Made by a program: the position numbers and the translations under genes. The notes under the pieces were generated by a model. It had not been told where the DNA came from, did not search any database, and saw only the letters and a list, made by a program, of their open reading frames with translations. Shown piece after piece: positions 28,828 through 39,940 of a stretch of DNA of 64,000 nucleotides. Location: NCBI GenBank assembly GCA_030652335.1, contig JAUSAW010000004.1, positions 11,964 to 75,963 on the forward strand, read 5' to 3'. Position 1 is the stretch's first letter. Each line of letters opens with the position of its first letter. Source of the stretch: Gammaproteobacteria bacterium (GTDB taxonomy: Bacteria; Pseudomonadota; Gammaproteobacteria; Francisellales; CACEW01).

Positions 28828-30243
28828 CTACCCAGCACTGGCAGCGCGTTCTCGCACAAACTGGAGGGCTTTTTCGATACGGGCCAGGGTTTTAGGCTTG
28901 CCTACTAGCTTTAAGGTGAGATCTAAGGCTGGCGACTGGCCGCAGCCTGTAATTGCCACTCGCAGCGGCATGCCGATCTTGCCCATACCGATATTTAAGG
29001 CCGTGGCTGTGGATTCGATAGCCTGATGGATTGAGGCTTCATCCCAACTTTGTAACTCAGATAAGGCCTGATAAATTTTTTCTAGAGGCTCTAACGCGAC
29101 TGGGCGCAGGTGATCTTTGGCGGCTTTTTCTTCGAATTGCGCAAAATCCTGATAGAAATAACGGCTTTTTTCGACCATTTCAGCCAGAGTATGCACGCGT
29201 TCGGCCATTGCTGGGATTAGCACTTCTAATGTCGGGCCTTGACTGACATCGATGCCTTTATACTGCATCTGCCATTCTAAATGAGGTAATACTTCGCTAA
29301 CGGGTAGAGTTTTAATATAGTGCTGATTGAGCCAGTTAAGTTTTTCGGTATTAAAGGCGACAGCCGAGGGGCTAATATGCTGCATATCGAATAATTCGAT
29401 CATTTCCTGACGACTGAAGATCTCCTGATCGCCATGAGACCATCCTAATCTAACTAAATAATTTAATAAGGCTTCAGGCAAATACCCTTCGTCGCGATAT
29501 TGCATGACGCTTACTGCACCGTGGCGCTTGGATAGCTTTTTGCCATCATCGCCTAAAATCATGGAAACATGGGCGTATAAAGGCAATGGCGCACCTAAGG
29601 CCTGCAGAATATTGATTTGTCTTGGGGTATTATTAACATGATCATCCCCTCTTACTACATGACTAATTTTCATCTCATAATCATCGACTACTACGGTGAA
29701 ATTATAAGTCGGTGCGCCATCGCTGCGCATAATGATTAAATCATCGAGCTCGGTATTTTGAAATTCGATACGGCCTTTTACCAAATCATCCCAGGCCACG
29801 ACGCCTGTAGTAGGATTTGCAAAGCGAATCACATGCGGCTCGTCGGTATGGGGCAAATTCTTCCCGCGGCAATGGCCGTCATAACGAGGCTTATCTTTAT
29901 TAGCCATCTGCTGCTCACGAAGCGCTTCAAGGCGCTCCTTTGAACACACGCAACGATAGGCCTTGCCTTCCGCTAATAAGTGTTCGGCGACTTCACGATA
30001 ACGGTCGAAGCGTTTGGTTTGATAATAAGGACCTTCATCATAGTCGAGGCCCAACCAATTCATACCATCCATTATGGCTTGTACGGCTTCTGGTGTGGAG
30101 CGCTCCAAATCAGTATCTTCGATTCGCAATATAAATACGCCCTTATTTCTTCTTGCTATAAGATAAGAATAGAGCGCGGTGCGAGCGCCCCCTACGTGCA
30201 GATAACCGGTAGGACTTGGGGCGAATCGGGAGCGTACTGTCAT
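28828..30243 (-). CDS. gltX: Glutamate--tRNA ligase
   Basis: [19 protein letters not shown] (HIGH motif) and KLSKRHG (KMSKS motif). The start was set at MTVRSRF; the ORF is open to 30300. Confidence 0.96.
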   Translation of the reverse strand: MTVRSRFAPSPTGYLHVGGARTALYSYLIARRNKGVFILRIEDTDLERSTPEAVQAIMDGMNWLGLDYDEGPYYQTKRFDRYREVAEHLLAEGKAYRCVCSKERLEALREQQMANKDKPRYDGHCRGKNLPHTDEPHVIRFANPTTGVVAWDDLVKGRIEFQNTELDDLIIMRSDGAPTYNFTVVVDDYEMKISHVVRGDDHVNNTPRQINILQALGAPLPLYAHVSMILGDDGKKLSKRHGAVSVMQYRDEGYLPEALLNYLVRLGWSHGDQEIFSRQEMIELFDMQHISPSAVAFNTEKLNWLNQHYIKTLPVSEVLPHLEWQMQYKGIDVSQGPTLEVLIPAMAERVHTLAEMVEKSRYFYQDFAQFEEKAAKDHLRPVALEPLEKIYQALSELQSWDEASIHQAIESTATALNIGMGKIGMPLRVAITGCGQSPALDLTLKLVGKPKTLARIEKALQFVRERAASAG

Positions 30244-30299
30244 GATGAAACCTTTTTTGCTTAAAAATGAGAGTATACGGTAGTGGGCGGAAGCTGTCA

Positions 30300-31364
30300 T
30301 TATGGATCCTGACTAAAGGACTTCTGCACTCCCATCTCATATTCCGGTGGGTAGAGAAGAATACTAGCTCCAGCGATACAGAGGGTTTCAGTTTTTTTGA
30401 GAGTATCAGGGCTTAATCGCCAACTATAATCGGTATTGTGGGGAGTAAACTCTACTGTAGCCTGGCCAGGGGAGTCGATAAATAAAGGGGCTGATAGATC
30501 TTGCCCATTGAAGCGATCGATAGCGCCTAGCTTAAGCTGATTAAATCCAGCGTGGTCAATCCACCATAAGCGCCTGCCTTCCAGAAAAAAATTCACTACC
30601 GGCCGGGAAGTTTTCCAGGCTAATTTTGCCTTATCACCGAGAGTCCAGGCTTCTATACCACGATCTGTGGCGATATAGAGTTCAATATCATCATCCTCAG
30701 TTGGCGCCGCCCATAGCCCTATCGTTAATTTTGCTGGAGCAGATAGCATTATAATGGGCTTTATCGCCCAGCCCTTATTGACTTGTGTTAAATTAAGCTG
30801 CCAAACTTCATGGTGATTATCCGCGATAAAAAACCAGTCGGCATAATGCAATTGACTGCTATCGACCAACAATGGCGCTCCAAGCTCGGTAACCGTTTGT
30901 GGGAAAGGGATAATTTTAAGAGTTTTACCGCTGCTAAATTCTAATTCTGCCGGCTGATTTTGAACGCTTACTCGATATAACTGCCCCGCTTTCGTTAAAA
31001 ATGTGTGAACATCCTGGGATTGATTGAGCTGCCTTTGCCAGTAAATAGCCTCTAACTGAAGTTGCTGAGGCTGAGCCTTGCTGCCGACCTCAAGCTGAAT
31101 GCGATGAATCACCGCACCGCCATGGTCCAAATAATTCCAGGAATTGGGCACTACCCCCATAATCGGTGTGCTTGAGATATTTTGTTCGGCCTGATGCAAA
31201 GCCATATCCGCCGCCTCCTGTAATGATAAACGGCTAACCATATTCGCTGTAAAATGTGCCGCCAACCGACTTTGTGCAAGGCTTGATAAACCGAGCAGAC
31301 TCATCATCATGCCAAGCAATAGCATGCTAATTAAAATAAAGCCTTGCTCCTTGGGCCTATTCAT
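30300..31364 (-). CDS. PilX-like type IV pilus minor component with an unassigned C-terminal domain
   Basis: The N-terminus ([28 protein letters not shown]) resembles the PilX_N hydrophobic helix. It overlaps the pilW-like gene by 8 nt. Confidence 0.5.
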   Translation of the reverse strand: MNRPKEQGFILISMLLLGMMMSLLGLSSLAQSRLAAHFTANMVSRLSLQEAADMALHQAEQNISSTPIMGVVPNSWNYLDHGGAVIHRIQLEVGSKAQPQQLQLEAIYWQRQLNQSQDVHTFLTKAGQLYRVSVQNQPAELEFSSGKTLKIIPFPQTVTELGAPLLVDSSQLHYADWFFIADNHHEVWQLNLTQVNKGWAIKPIIMLSAPAKLTIGLWAAPTEDDDIELYIATDRGIEAWTLGDKAKLAWKTSRPVVNFFLEGRRLWWIDHAGFNQLKLGAIDRFNGQDLSAPLFIDSPGQATVEFTPHNTDYSWRLSPDTLKKTETLCIAGASILLYPPEYEMGVQKSFSQDP

Positions 31365-32274
31365 TCCAGCTCAACATTAGATGACCCTGCCTTAAAATAC
31401 TGTGATCTTCACTTTGTAGCTTTAGAGTAATTTGCAAACCTTTAAGCAAAGTCCAATCCTCAATCGTATTAATAGGTTGATACCAGCCTGGCTTTTGGTA
31501 AGGCTTTAACCACGCCGTGATCTTAAGCCCGCTAAGGTTGGGAATAAGTTCGTGGCGTGTGCTACGAGTATCTTGAACATATAAAGCCGTAATGGTCTTA
31601 CCTAAGGCATTCTTTCGCAGAGTTTTGCCGATATAATACGCTTCAAATTCATAGTGCGAGGCAACCGCCCCTATTTTGAACGTAAACCCAAGCGGCTGCT
31701 CGAGCTCGATTTCTTGCTGGTTTTTATGCCTCCATACCCCTGTTATTCGGTCGCTTACTAAATGCTGGCAGTCTGAAATCACTATAATCTGATCCGCCTT
31801 AAATCTTAATCCATTGCTAATTATTATGCTCTCAGCGTCTTTGGAAGCACCTTCTTGCAAAGTAGCCCGCCCCGAGGCGCGACGCACGATCAATACATCG
31901 GTATCTGCTATGGCCTGACCCGAGCCAGGCTTATCCAATTCCAAAGCCTGGGCCTCTGCTTCATCCATGGTAAAGACCTGTACCGCCGTACCTTGAGCCA
32001 GTCTCAGCCTTGCGGCGGAATCGCGAGTTAAATTCTTATAGGACAATAAGCTCGCCACTTGTCCACAACTCGCCACGCCAACGTTTGATACGGCAGTTTG
32101 TAGTTGATACTCGGCGATGAGTTCGGATTGCATTAAATCGGTTTGAGCCATTTGATAGTCCATTTCCTTTTTTCCGATAAGCAGTAATTTATAAGCTCCG
32201 GCTATAATAAAAAGGCCTATGCTAAGCACTATTAAAAATTCGATTAGGCTTTCGCCGGATTGGTGATTATTCAT
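31357..32274 (-). CDS. pilW: PilW-like type IV pilus minor pilin
   Basis: Prepilin-type N-terminus SG/ESLIEFLIVLSIGLFIIAG with Glu at +5. The start was set at MNNHQSG. Confidence 0.6.
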   Translation of the reverse strand: MNNHQSGESLIEFLIVLSIGLFIIAGAYKLLLIGKKEMDYQMAQTDLMQSELIAEYQLQTAVSNVGVASCGQVASLLSYKNLTRDSAARLRLAQGTAVQVFTMDEAEAQALELDKPGSGQAIADTDVLIVRRASGRATLQEGASKDAESIIISNGLRFKADQIIVISDCQHLVSDRITGVWRHKNQQEIELEQPLGFTFKIGAVASHYEFEAYYIGKTLRKNALGKTITALYVQDTRSTRHELIPNLSGLKITAWLKPYQKPGWYQPINTIEDWTLLKGLQITLKLQSEDHSILRQGHLMLSWNE

Positions 32275-33319
32275 GGTTTTTAGCAATAACTTTTTCTTTG
32301 GCTGCATTTATCGCCCTTCTAAGCTTATCTTCTAAAAGCTTTCTTGGAGGCAGCGCCGTTAAATACTCAGCCACATGAATGCCAGTTTTATCTAATTCCA
32401 GCAACTCAATATCCTGATCATCTTTGCTTGCGCATAAAATTAGACCAAGCGGCTTATCTTCACCTGGTTTCTTTTCATATTTATCTAGCCAGCGTAAATA
32501 CCACTCCATTTGGCCTTTATGCTCTGGCTGGAACTTATCTAATTTAAGCTCTATAGCGATTAATCTTCGCATTCCTCTGTGAAAGAAAAGTAAATCTAAA
32601 TAGCGATCGCTAGCATCCGTACTCATCCTTTTTTGCCTAGCAACAAAACAAAAGTCGTTACCTAGCTCCTGAATAAACGCTTGAAACTCAGTTACAATGG
32701 CTTGCTCTAAGTCAGTTTCGGAAAAACTTGGACTGAGATTTAAAAAATCAAGAATATAAGGGTCTTTGAAAATCGTATTAAGCGTTGGAGTGTTTGATTG
32801 TATGTTCTCTAGCTCTTGAATAATGAGTTTTTCAGGTTGTTTTGCAATAGCGGTGCGTTCAAATAGCAAGCCACTAATTTTTGCTCTGAGCGTTCTAGTA
32901 TCCCAACGCTCATGAGCACAAAGCTCTGCATAAAAATTTCTTTTTAAAGCATCATCAATGCCAATTAGCTCAGTAAAATGTGACCAACTCAATTGGGACG
33001 GCAGTGCCGTCCCAATTTGAATATTTGGATATAACATTGAAAATCGCCTTGCTCTATTAAGGCTTCGTTTTGTATATTTATAGCCCTGCTTTTCAAGATT
33101 TAAAGCTAAGTTCTCTATAATTTTCTCACCATATTCAGCGCGGGGATTTTTAATAATATGCTGATTTATCATATTCCCTATATGCCAATTCAATAATACC
33201 AATGTTGAGTTAGCAGTTTGTTGAACTTGGTTTTTAGCTTGATCGATGAGATTTTTTATGTCACCAAATAAATGCCCAACTTGAAGATTATCATTAATAG
33301 TTTTTGCTGGTTTAACCAT
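32267..33319 (-). CDS. yhcG: PDDEXK-nuclease domain protein, YhcG / DUF1016 family
   Basis: 350 aa. The N-terminal DUF1016-like helical region is followed by a C-terminal D...IAIELK (PD-(D/E)XK) core. Confidence 0.7.
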   Translation of the reverse strand: MVKPAKTINDNLQVGHLFGDIKNLIDQAKNQVQQTANSTLVLLNWHIGNMINQHIIKNPRAEYGEKIIENLALNLEKQGYKYTKRSLNRARRFSMLYPNIQIGTALPSQLSWSHFTELIGIDDALKRNFYAELCAHERWDTRTLRAKISGLLFERTAIAKQPEKLIIQELENIQSNTPTLNTIFKDPYILDFLNLSPSFSETDLEQAIVTEFQAFIQELGNDFCFVARQKRMSTDASDRYLDLLFFHRGMRRLIAIELKLDKFQPEHKGQMEWYLRWLDKYEKKPGEDKPLGLILCASKDDQDIELLELDKTGIHVAEYLTALPPRKLLEDKLRRAINAAKEKVIAKNHE

Positions 33320-33353
33320 GGCATTGCTCCTCGTTTACTATGACGATGTTTCT

Positions 33354-33704
33354 TTAAAAAGAAGGGCCTGCCATTTTATAGTGAATAGCCACTCGTTTTT
33401 GTGCGATGGGGTCCCACCAGTTTTCTTCAATAAGCTCTTGATTGTGGTCGATAGTGATAGCGGCCCTGCCTTGCGGCAATTGCTTGGTAGCTGTCTGTTG
33501 CCATTCTTCAACAAACTGGGAGCGATCTCCGGACTTAAGCGCAGAGACGGCGAATTCTACTTGCTGGACGGCAATAGCCTGCCAATAATTAGCCTGGTTT
33601 TGAGTATCGGATTTACTTTGCAGATTTAAGGCCGCTAGCATACTTAGGGAAAAAATGACTAATGCTAACAAGACCTCGATTAGCGTATAGCCATCTTGGT
33701 TCAT
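33354..33704 (-). CDS. pilV: PilV-like type IV pilus minor pilin
   Basis: Prepilin N-terminus MNQDG/YTLIEVLLALVIFSLSML with Glu at +5. Confidence 0.7.
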   Translation of the reverse strand: MNQDGYTLIEVLLALVIFSLSMLAALNLQSKSDTQNQANYWQAIAVQQVEFAVSALKSGDRSQFVEEWQQTATKQLPQGRAAITIDHNQELIEENWWDPIAQKRVAIHYKMAGPSF

Positions 33705-33739
33705 AGTAAGCCAGTGTTGATTAAATTATAATCAGACTA

Positions 33740-34309
33740 TCATCTGGCCCAAAATTTTTCAAGCGCGCGCAGTAGGGCAAAAAAACCTTCGTGAATCGGG
33801 CTTTTAGAAAATCGGCTATACGCTTGGCTAATATAAACACAGCGCGTGCCGGCGATAAGTGTGGCTAGAATGCCGGTTAACAATCTATCGTCAACCAGGG
33901 CGATTTGTTCAGGCTTAACCTGGGATAACTCGATAATTTTAAGCATGCCATCGGGATAAGGTTTTTTACGCACCCCGGAAATCCAATGCAGGCCTGGATA
34001 ATGCTGTTTAAAAAATTCTTCACGAGCCAGGGTGGGCTTATTCGATAAAATATAGAGATGGTCGGCGCCAAAACTTTTCACACAGCGGTCTAGCCAAAGC
34101 TTCACTTCTGGCAAAGGCTCTAGATCACCATGCGGTGATAATACTCCATCAAAATCTAAAACCAGTACGCTAATACCTGCCGCCTTTAATGCTTCAATAT
34201 CGATATCGACACTATGTGGGGCCTGCCAAATTGGCGAGTGCAAAATCGCGCGTAACTGGGCTTTATAGCGTCGCATATGTTGAATAGTATAAACGCTTCT
34301 TTGCCACAT
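33740..34309 (-). CDS. HAD-IIIA family phosphatase (YqeG-like)
   Basis: LVLDFDGVLSP (motif I), ILSN (motif II) and ALVDDRLLTGIL (motif IV). The ATG overlaps the crcB stop codon (TAATG). Confidence 0.65.
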   Translation of the reverse strand: MWQRSVYTIQHMRRYKAQLRAILHSPIWQAPHSVDIDIEALKAAGISVLVLDFDGVLSPHGDLEPLPEVKLWLDRCVKSFGADHLYILSNKPTLAREEFFKQHYPGLHWISGVRKKPYPDGMLKIIELSQVKPEQIALVDDRLLTGILATLIAGTRCVYISQAYSRFSKSPIHEGFFALLRALEKFWAR

Positions 34310-34686
34310 TAGATCATCGCCCTCGCCGCTAAAACGCCAAAATAAGTTGCCAAGAAGCAACATACTAAGCTTAGCAGAATATAAGCAAACGCTTTTAAAA
34401 CCATGCCTTCCATGAAAAAATTTACCGTATCTAAGCTAAATGCCGAAAAAGTGGTGAAGCCACCGAGCACACCAACCATAATGGCGGCTCGCCAGACTAA
34501 ATGCGTGGAACCAAATTTAGTGACTAGCCAAATACTGAAAAATCCAATAAAAAAACAGCCGATTATATTGACGGTTACAATGCCATAAGGAAAAGCTCTC
34601 GCCCCCATGGCATAAAATAATTCCGCTAGCCAGTAACGCAATACCGAGCCTAAGGCGCCGCCAATAGCTACAAATAAGGCATTCAT
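34309..34686 (-). CDS. crcB: Fluoride ion channel CrcB/FluC
   Basis: 125 aa with four TM segments. Carries GGALGSVLRYW and GVLGGFTTFSAF motifs. Confidence 0.93.
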   Translation of the reverse strand: MNALFVAIGGALGSVLRYWLAELFYAMGARAFPYGIVTVNIIGCFFIGFFSIWLVTKFGSTHLVWRAAIMVGVLGGFTTFSAFSLDTVNFFMEGMVLKAFAYILLSLVCCFLATYFGVLAARAMI

Positions 34687-34689
34687 AAG

Positions 34690-36846
34690 CTAGACTTTTT
34701 CCTTCACTAAAGATTGGGCCAGACGTTTAGCGGCGGCAAAGTCATTTTTACCGGTGCCAAGCTTAGGAATCTCGGTGACTTGGAAATAATGCTGAGGCTT
34801 CATTAAATTTAACATATCCGAATGCAACACTTTCTGTTGTAAGTCACGCTCGGTAATAGGGCCCACGTACATTAAAATAACTTGTTCGCCTTTTTTACTA
34901 TCAGGCAAGGCTACTGCCAATAGCTCTACTTCGGGCATATCGATTATTAACGAAATTTGACCTTCAACCGCGCTTAGACTAATCATTTCCCCGCCTAATT
35001 TGGCAAATCTTGAATAACGGTCGAGGATAGTTAAAAACCCATGTTGATCTAAACGCCCTTTATCACCGGTTTTATACCACCGAATACCTTGGCTTTCGGT
35101 CATTACGCTGGCGGTTTTTTCCGGATCGTTTAAATAGCCTTTCATGACATTAACGCCACCGACGGTAATAAGGCCCGAGGCACCCAATGGTAATGGCTCA
35201 TCGGTTTCAGGGTCGACAATTTTAATTAAGCAACCCGCCACTGGCATGCCAACCGTACCCATTTTATAGCGAATCTCATGCTGGGTATCCGGTCTATTGG
35301 CGCTAACGACCGGACTTAACTCAGTAGTGCCGTAACCTTCATAGATGGTCTTTTTAAAGCGTTCTTCGAATAAAACCTTTACCTCAGGCAAGAGTCTTTC
35401 AGCCCCGGCAATTACAAAGCGTAAGGTATCAAACATATCGGGAGTTAAATTACGGGTTTTGGCATATAACCTGAAAAAAGTGGAAGTGCCGCACAATAAG
35501 GTAACCTTATGTTTTTGCGCCATCTGACCGATAACCTGTCCATCGCGTGGGTCAGGATGGCAGACCACTGTCAGGCCTTCGATTAAAGGCAAAAGGGTAG
35601 TAACCGTTAAACCAAACGCATGGAAAATTGGCAATATGCCTAACATACAATCACTGGTACGAATCTCTAAGTCTTGGGCAGCCTGTTTAGCATTGCCGAT
35701 AATATTATAATGGCTAAGCTCGATACCTTTAGGCTTACCCTCGCTGCCGCTACTAAACAGCACGGCTGCGGTACGCTTGGAAGTCGAATTGCTTAAGGCG
35801 ACTCTTTTTAATAAGGCCAACGGCAGTATTTTTGCTAATACTAAATTTTTAAGCAGAATCGGTTTACGCAAGCTAGCTTTAACATCTTCCAGGTAAATAA
35901 CCTTTACCTTAGCTAGCAGATTACTGACGGCGAAGCCTTTTTTCTCGAGGTTTTCAATAAAACGTTTAGACGTAACGATACTTTTAATCCCTGCCTGATC
36001 GACAGCACTTTCTATAGCGGACTCTGCGGCGGTGTAGTTTAAAGGAACCAGGGTTTTACCGAGCGAAAATAAGCTTAAGGTAGCCACTAATGCTCCGGCA
36101 CTTGGAGGCAACAAAAGGCCTACGCTAATTTGTTTACGCAGTAATCCGGTTAATTTTTCTCGCATCGACATTACGCCAACGATAAGGCGATGATGGCTTA
36201 AGTTTGCACCCGTGGAATCCGCTATGCTGAGTCGGCTGCCACCGGCTTTAGCCTGTGTTAACCATAGCTCAGCGATAGGCGGTAAATTTTTAGTATAGGT
36301 TTGCCAGCTTAAGGCTTCTAACAACCGGATATCTTCGAGCTTGCGAAGGCTATCAGGCGCTGGGTGAATACTTACTTGCGCCCATTGATGCACAACATAA
36401 GAGGATTTTACCGATAAATCGTAAGTCGCTCCGCATAAAAAGGCCACCAATTTTGGCATAGTAGCCTCAAAATGCAGGCGCTGATAATTTCGCCAGTTTA
36501 CGACAATGATACCGACCTCTGGTATTGTGCTTTGAATAGGGGCATGAATCGATAAATTACATTTCTTCATTATGGCCCGCAAAATAAAGCTGCGGACTTT
36601 TATATCACCGACATAGCTTACCGGTATATAGGTAAGCCGTTTAATGAGTAAGGCAAATAAAATATTGTCTTCGGGCACAATAATAATGCAAGAACCAGAC
36701 GGCAACAGCTTAACGCCTTCGTAATAAAGATGATAATGGCGCTTTTCAAACCATTGAAATAGCCACCATAATGTACGATGCGGCCACCAAGCCCAGCAAG
36801 CGTAAGCAAATAATATCGCTAATAAAAGTAACACTAATATAATCAT
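34690..36846 (-). CDS. aas: Aas-like protein: membrane-anchored N-terminal PlsC-like region fused to an AMP-dependent acyl-ACP/CoA synthetase domain
   Basis: 718 aa, the same length class as E. coli Aas. AMP-binding motifs are present (LFSSGSEGKPKGIELSH, YEGYGTTE, YKTGDKG). Confidence 0.65.
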   Translation of the reverse strand: MIILVLLLLAILFAYACWAWWPHRTLWWLFQWFEKRHYHLYYEGVKLLPSGSCIIIVPEDNILFALLIKRLTYIPVSYVGDIKVRSFILRAIMKKCNLSIHAPIQSTIPEVGIIVVNWRNYQRLHFEATMPKLVAFLCGATYDLSVKSSYVVHQWAQVSIHPAPDSLRKLEDIRLLEALSWQTYTKNLPPIAELWLTQAKAGGSRLSIADSTGANLSHHRLIVGVMSMREKLTGLLRKQISVGLLLPPSAGALVATLSLFSLGKTLVPLNYTAAESAIESAVDQAGIKSIVTSKRFIENLEKKGFAVSNLLAKVKVIYLEDVKASLRKPILLKNLVLAKILPLALLKRVALSNSTSKRTAAVLFSSGSEGKPKGIELSHYNIIGNAKQAAQDLEIRTSDCMLGILPIFHAFGLTVTTLLPLIEGLTVVCHPDPRDGQVIGQMAQKHKVTLLCGTSTFFRLYAKTRNLTPDMFDTLRFVIAGAERLLPEVKVLFEERFKKTIYEGYGTTELSPVVSANRPDTQHEIRYKMGTVGMPVAGCLIKIVDPETDEPLPLGASGLITVGGVNVMKGYLNDPEKTASVMTESQGIRWYKTGDKGRLDQHGFLTILDRYSRFAKLGGEMISLSAVEGQISLIIDMPEVELLAVALPDSKKGEQVILMYVGPITERDLQQKVLHSDMLNLMKPQHYFQVTEIPKLGTGKNDFAAAKRLAQSLVKEKV

Positions 36847-37061
36847 ATTACCGATCGTTAAAAGTTAAAAGATGATATCTCAGCATAGTGAGCCACTCTA
36901 TGCAAGTTTTATCACTCTAGCCCATTCAATAGTGTAGCTCAAAGTGGCGACTGTATTGTGTTTTTATTTCAGTGAATTTTATAAGGATGGAGGCTAGCAG
37001 TCCAGCAGTGAGAGTGCTAAAATGGTTCGGAATTATAAAATTTAGGCCAGAGGAGCTACGA

Positions 37062-37931
37062 ATGAATCAGTTGGCTACATTGTCCACCCTACCCGCCATT
37101 AATTATTGCGCACCTATCGCGGATTTAAACGCATATGTAAGATTTGCTAATAGCGTACCGATGCTTGAAGAAGCCGAAGAAAAGCAATTGGCTTTACGCT
37201 TAAAGCTCAATCAAGACTTAGAAGCCGCTCAGCGCTTAATTTTATCGCATTTACGCTTTGTGAATCGCATTGCTAGAGGCTTTGCAGGTTATGGCTTAGC
37301 AGAGGCCGACCTGATTCAAGAAGGCAATATTGGTCTAATGAAAGCCGTTAAACGCTTCGATCCTGATATGGGCGTGCGATTAGTGTCCTTTGCTGTGCAC
37401 TGGATTAAATCTGAAATGCACGACTTTATTATCAAAAACTGGCGAATCGTTAAAATTGCCACCACCAAAGCGCAACGTAAATTATTTTTTAATCTACGCA
37501 ATAGCAAAAAGCGCTTGGGTTGGTTTAGCCATGAAGAAATTCAAGCTGTGGCCAAGGATTTAAAGGTTAAACCCTCTGAAGTTATGGAGATGGAACAGCG
37601 CTTAAGCTCTCACGATATTGCTTTCGATGCCCCTGAAGAATCAGAAGAAGATGACTTTGTTTCGGCCCCTGCCCTATATCTGGCGGCACCGGATGCTAGC
37701 CCTGAAAGACAGCTTAGCCGAACGGAATCCGAAGGCCGTGAGCACGATATGCTTCACGAGGCTTTAGATGGCTTGGACGATCGTAGTCGCGATATTTTAA
37801 ACGCGCGCTGGCTTAATGAAAATAAAGCCACCCTGCAAGAATTGGCTGATAAATATCAGGTTTCTGCCGAGCGAATTCGTCAACTTGAAACTCAGGCTAT
37901 GAAACAGCTTAAATTGGCTATAGCGGCTTAG
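37062..37931 (+). CDS. rpoH: RNA polymerase sigma-32 (heat-shock sigma factor)
   Basis: RpoH box QRKLFFNLR, region 2 (LIQEGNIGLMKAVKRFDP) and region 4.2. AGGAG lies 6 nt before the ATG at 37062. Confidence 0.95.
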   Translation: MNQLATLSTLPAINYCAPIADLNAYVRFANSVPMLEEAEEKQLALRLKLNQDLEAAQRLILSHLRFVNRIARGFAGYGLAEADLIQEGNIGLMKAVKRFDPDMGVRLVSFAVHWIKSEMHDFIIKNWRIVKIATTKAQRKLFFNLRNSKKRLGWFSHEEIQAVAKDLKVKPSEVMEMEQRLSSHDIAFDAPEESEEDDFVSAPALYLAAPDASPERQLSRTESEGREHDMLHEALDGLDDRSRDILNARWLNENKATLQELADKYQVSAERIRQLETQAMKQLKLAIAA

Positions 37932-37935
37932 ATAC

Positions 37936-37963
37936 TGTCATCCCCGTGAAAACGGGAATGACA
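37936..37963. terminator. REP-like hairpin TGTCATCCCCG-TGAAAA-CGGGAATGACA between convergent rpoH and obg, a probable bidirectional terminator or stabiliser
   Basis: The inverted repeat is about 11 bp with one G:U-type mismatch. It fills almost the whole 38-nt gap between the two stop codons. Confidence 0.5.
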
Positions 37964-37969
37964 AGCTCT

Positions 37970-39148
<1,179 letters not shown>

Positions 39149-39150
39149 TT

Positions 39151-39178
39151 AAAAAAAAAGGCCTCTAATGAGGCCTTT
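39151..39178 (-). terminator. Rho-independent terminator downstream of rpmA
   Basis: The minus strand reads AAAGGCCTC-ATTA-GAGGCCTTT followed by a run of T residues. Confidence 0.8.
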
Positions 39179-39197
39179 TACTATTCTTCGTACCCTA

Positions 39198-39461
39198 TTA
39201 TGCAGCAACAGGAATAATATTTACATAAGTGCGTTTTTTAACGCCCTTTTGTACAAACTCAACATGTCCATGCTCGGTTGCAAACAAGGTATGGTCATGA
39301 CCACAACCTACGTTTGTACCTGGATGTACTTTAGTACCACGTTGACGAATAATAATGGTGCCTGCGGTAACCAATTGGCCACCAAATCTTTTTACGCCCA
39401 ATCGTTTGGAATGGGAATCGCGGCCGTTTCGGGTACTACCACCCGCTTTCTTATGTGCCAT
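39198..39461 (-). CDS. rpmA: 50S ribosomal protein L27
   Basis: [29 protein letters not shown]. Confidence 0.98.
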   Translation of the reverse strand: MAHKKAGGSTRNGRDSHSKRLGVKRFGGQLVTAGTIIIRQRGTKVHPGTNVGCGHDHTLFATEHGHVEFVQKGVKKRTYVNIIPVAA

Positions 39462-39476
39462 TTCAATCTCTCCCTT

Positions 39477-39839
39477 TTATTCTTCAGCTTTCGCTTTAGC
39501 AGTCTTTTTAGCTGGTGTTTTTTTAGCATTCGCGCCGATACCGGTAATTTTTACCGCGGTATAATACTGACGATGGCCCATTTGTTTCATATGGTGCTTA
39601 CGACGACGGAATTTAATAATATGCACTTTATCGGCACGGTCTTGAGCTACGATTTCTCCGCTCACTACACCGCCTGCAATTAATGGGGTACCTAATTGTA
39701 GGTCACCGTCATTAGCAATCAATAAAACTTCGTTAAACACGACAGTTTCACCGATGCCTTGCTCGATTTTTTCTAATTTGACGATATCGCCTTCTCTAAC
39801 TTTATGTTGCTTGCCGCCACTTACCATTACCGCGTACAT
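39477..39839 (-). CDS. rplU: 50S ribosomal protein L21 (with Lys/Ala-rich C-terminal extension)
   Basis: [25 protein letters not shown]. Confidence 0.97.
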   Translation of the reverse strand: MYAVMVSGGKQHKVREGDIVKLEKIEQGIGETVVFNEVLLIANDGDLQLGTPLIAGGVVSGEIVAQDRADKVHIIKFRRRKHHMKQMGHRQYYTAVKITGIGANAKKTPAKKTAKAKAEE

Positions 39840-39891
39840 ATATTACTCTCCAGATCGCGTTTTTCTTGTCTAACTAATACAAAGTGCGAAG

Positions 39892-39920
39892 ATTGTATTA
39901 AAAAACCGCCCGTTGCACAA
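39892..39920 (-). promoter_or_regulatory. Candidate sigma-70 promoter for rplU-rpmA (TTGTGC-17 nt-TACAAT)
   Basis: The hexamers and a 17-nt spacer were read on the minus strand, about 50 nt upstream of the rplU ATG. Confidence 0.4.
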
Positions 39921-39940
39921 GCATTTTTTTATCTATTCGC

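Noticed and set aside
39477-39530. A Lys/Ala-rich C-terminal extension of L21 ([19 protein letters not shown]).
   Set aside because: Basic low-complexity tails on ribosomal proteins are common lineage-specific features. The extension is real but not informative.
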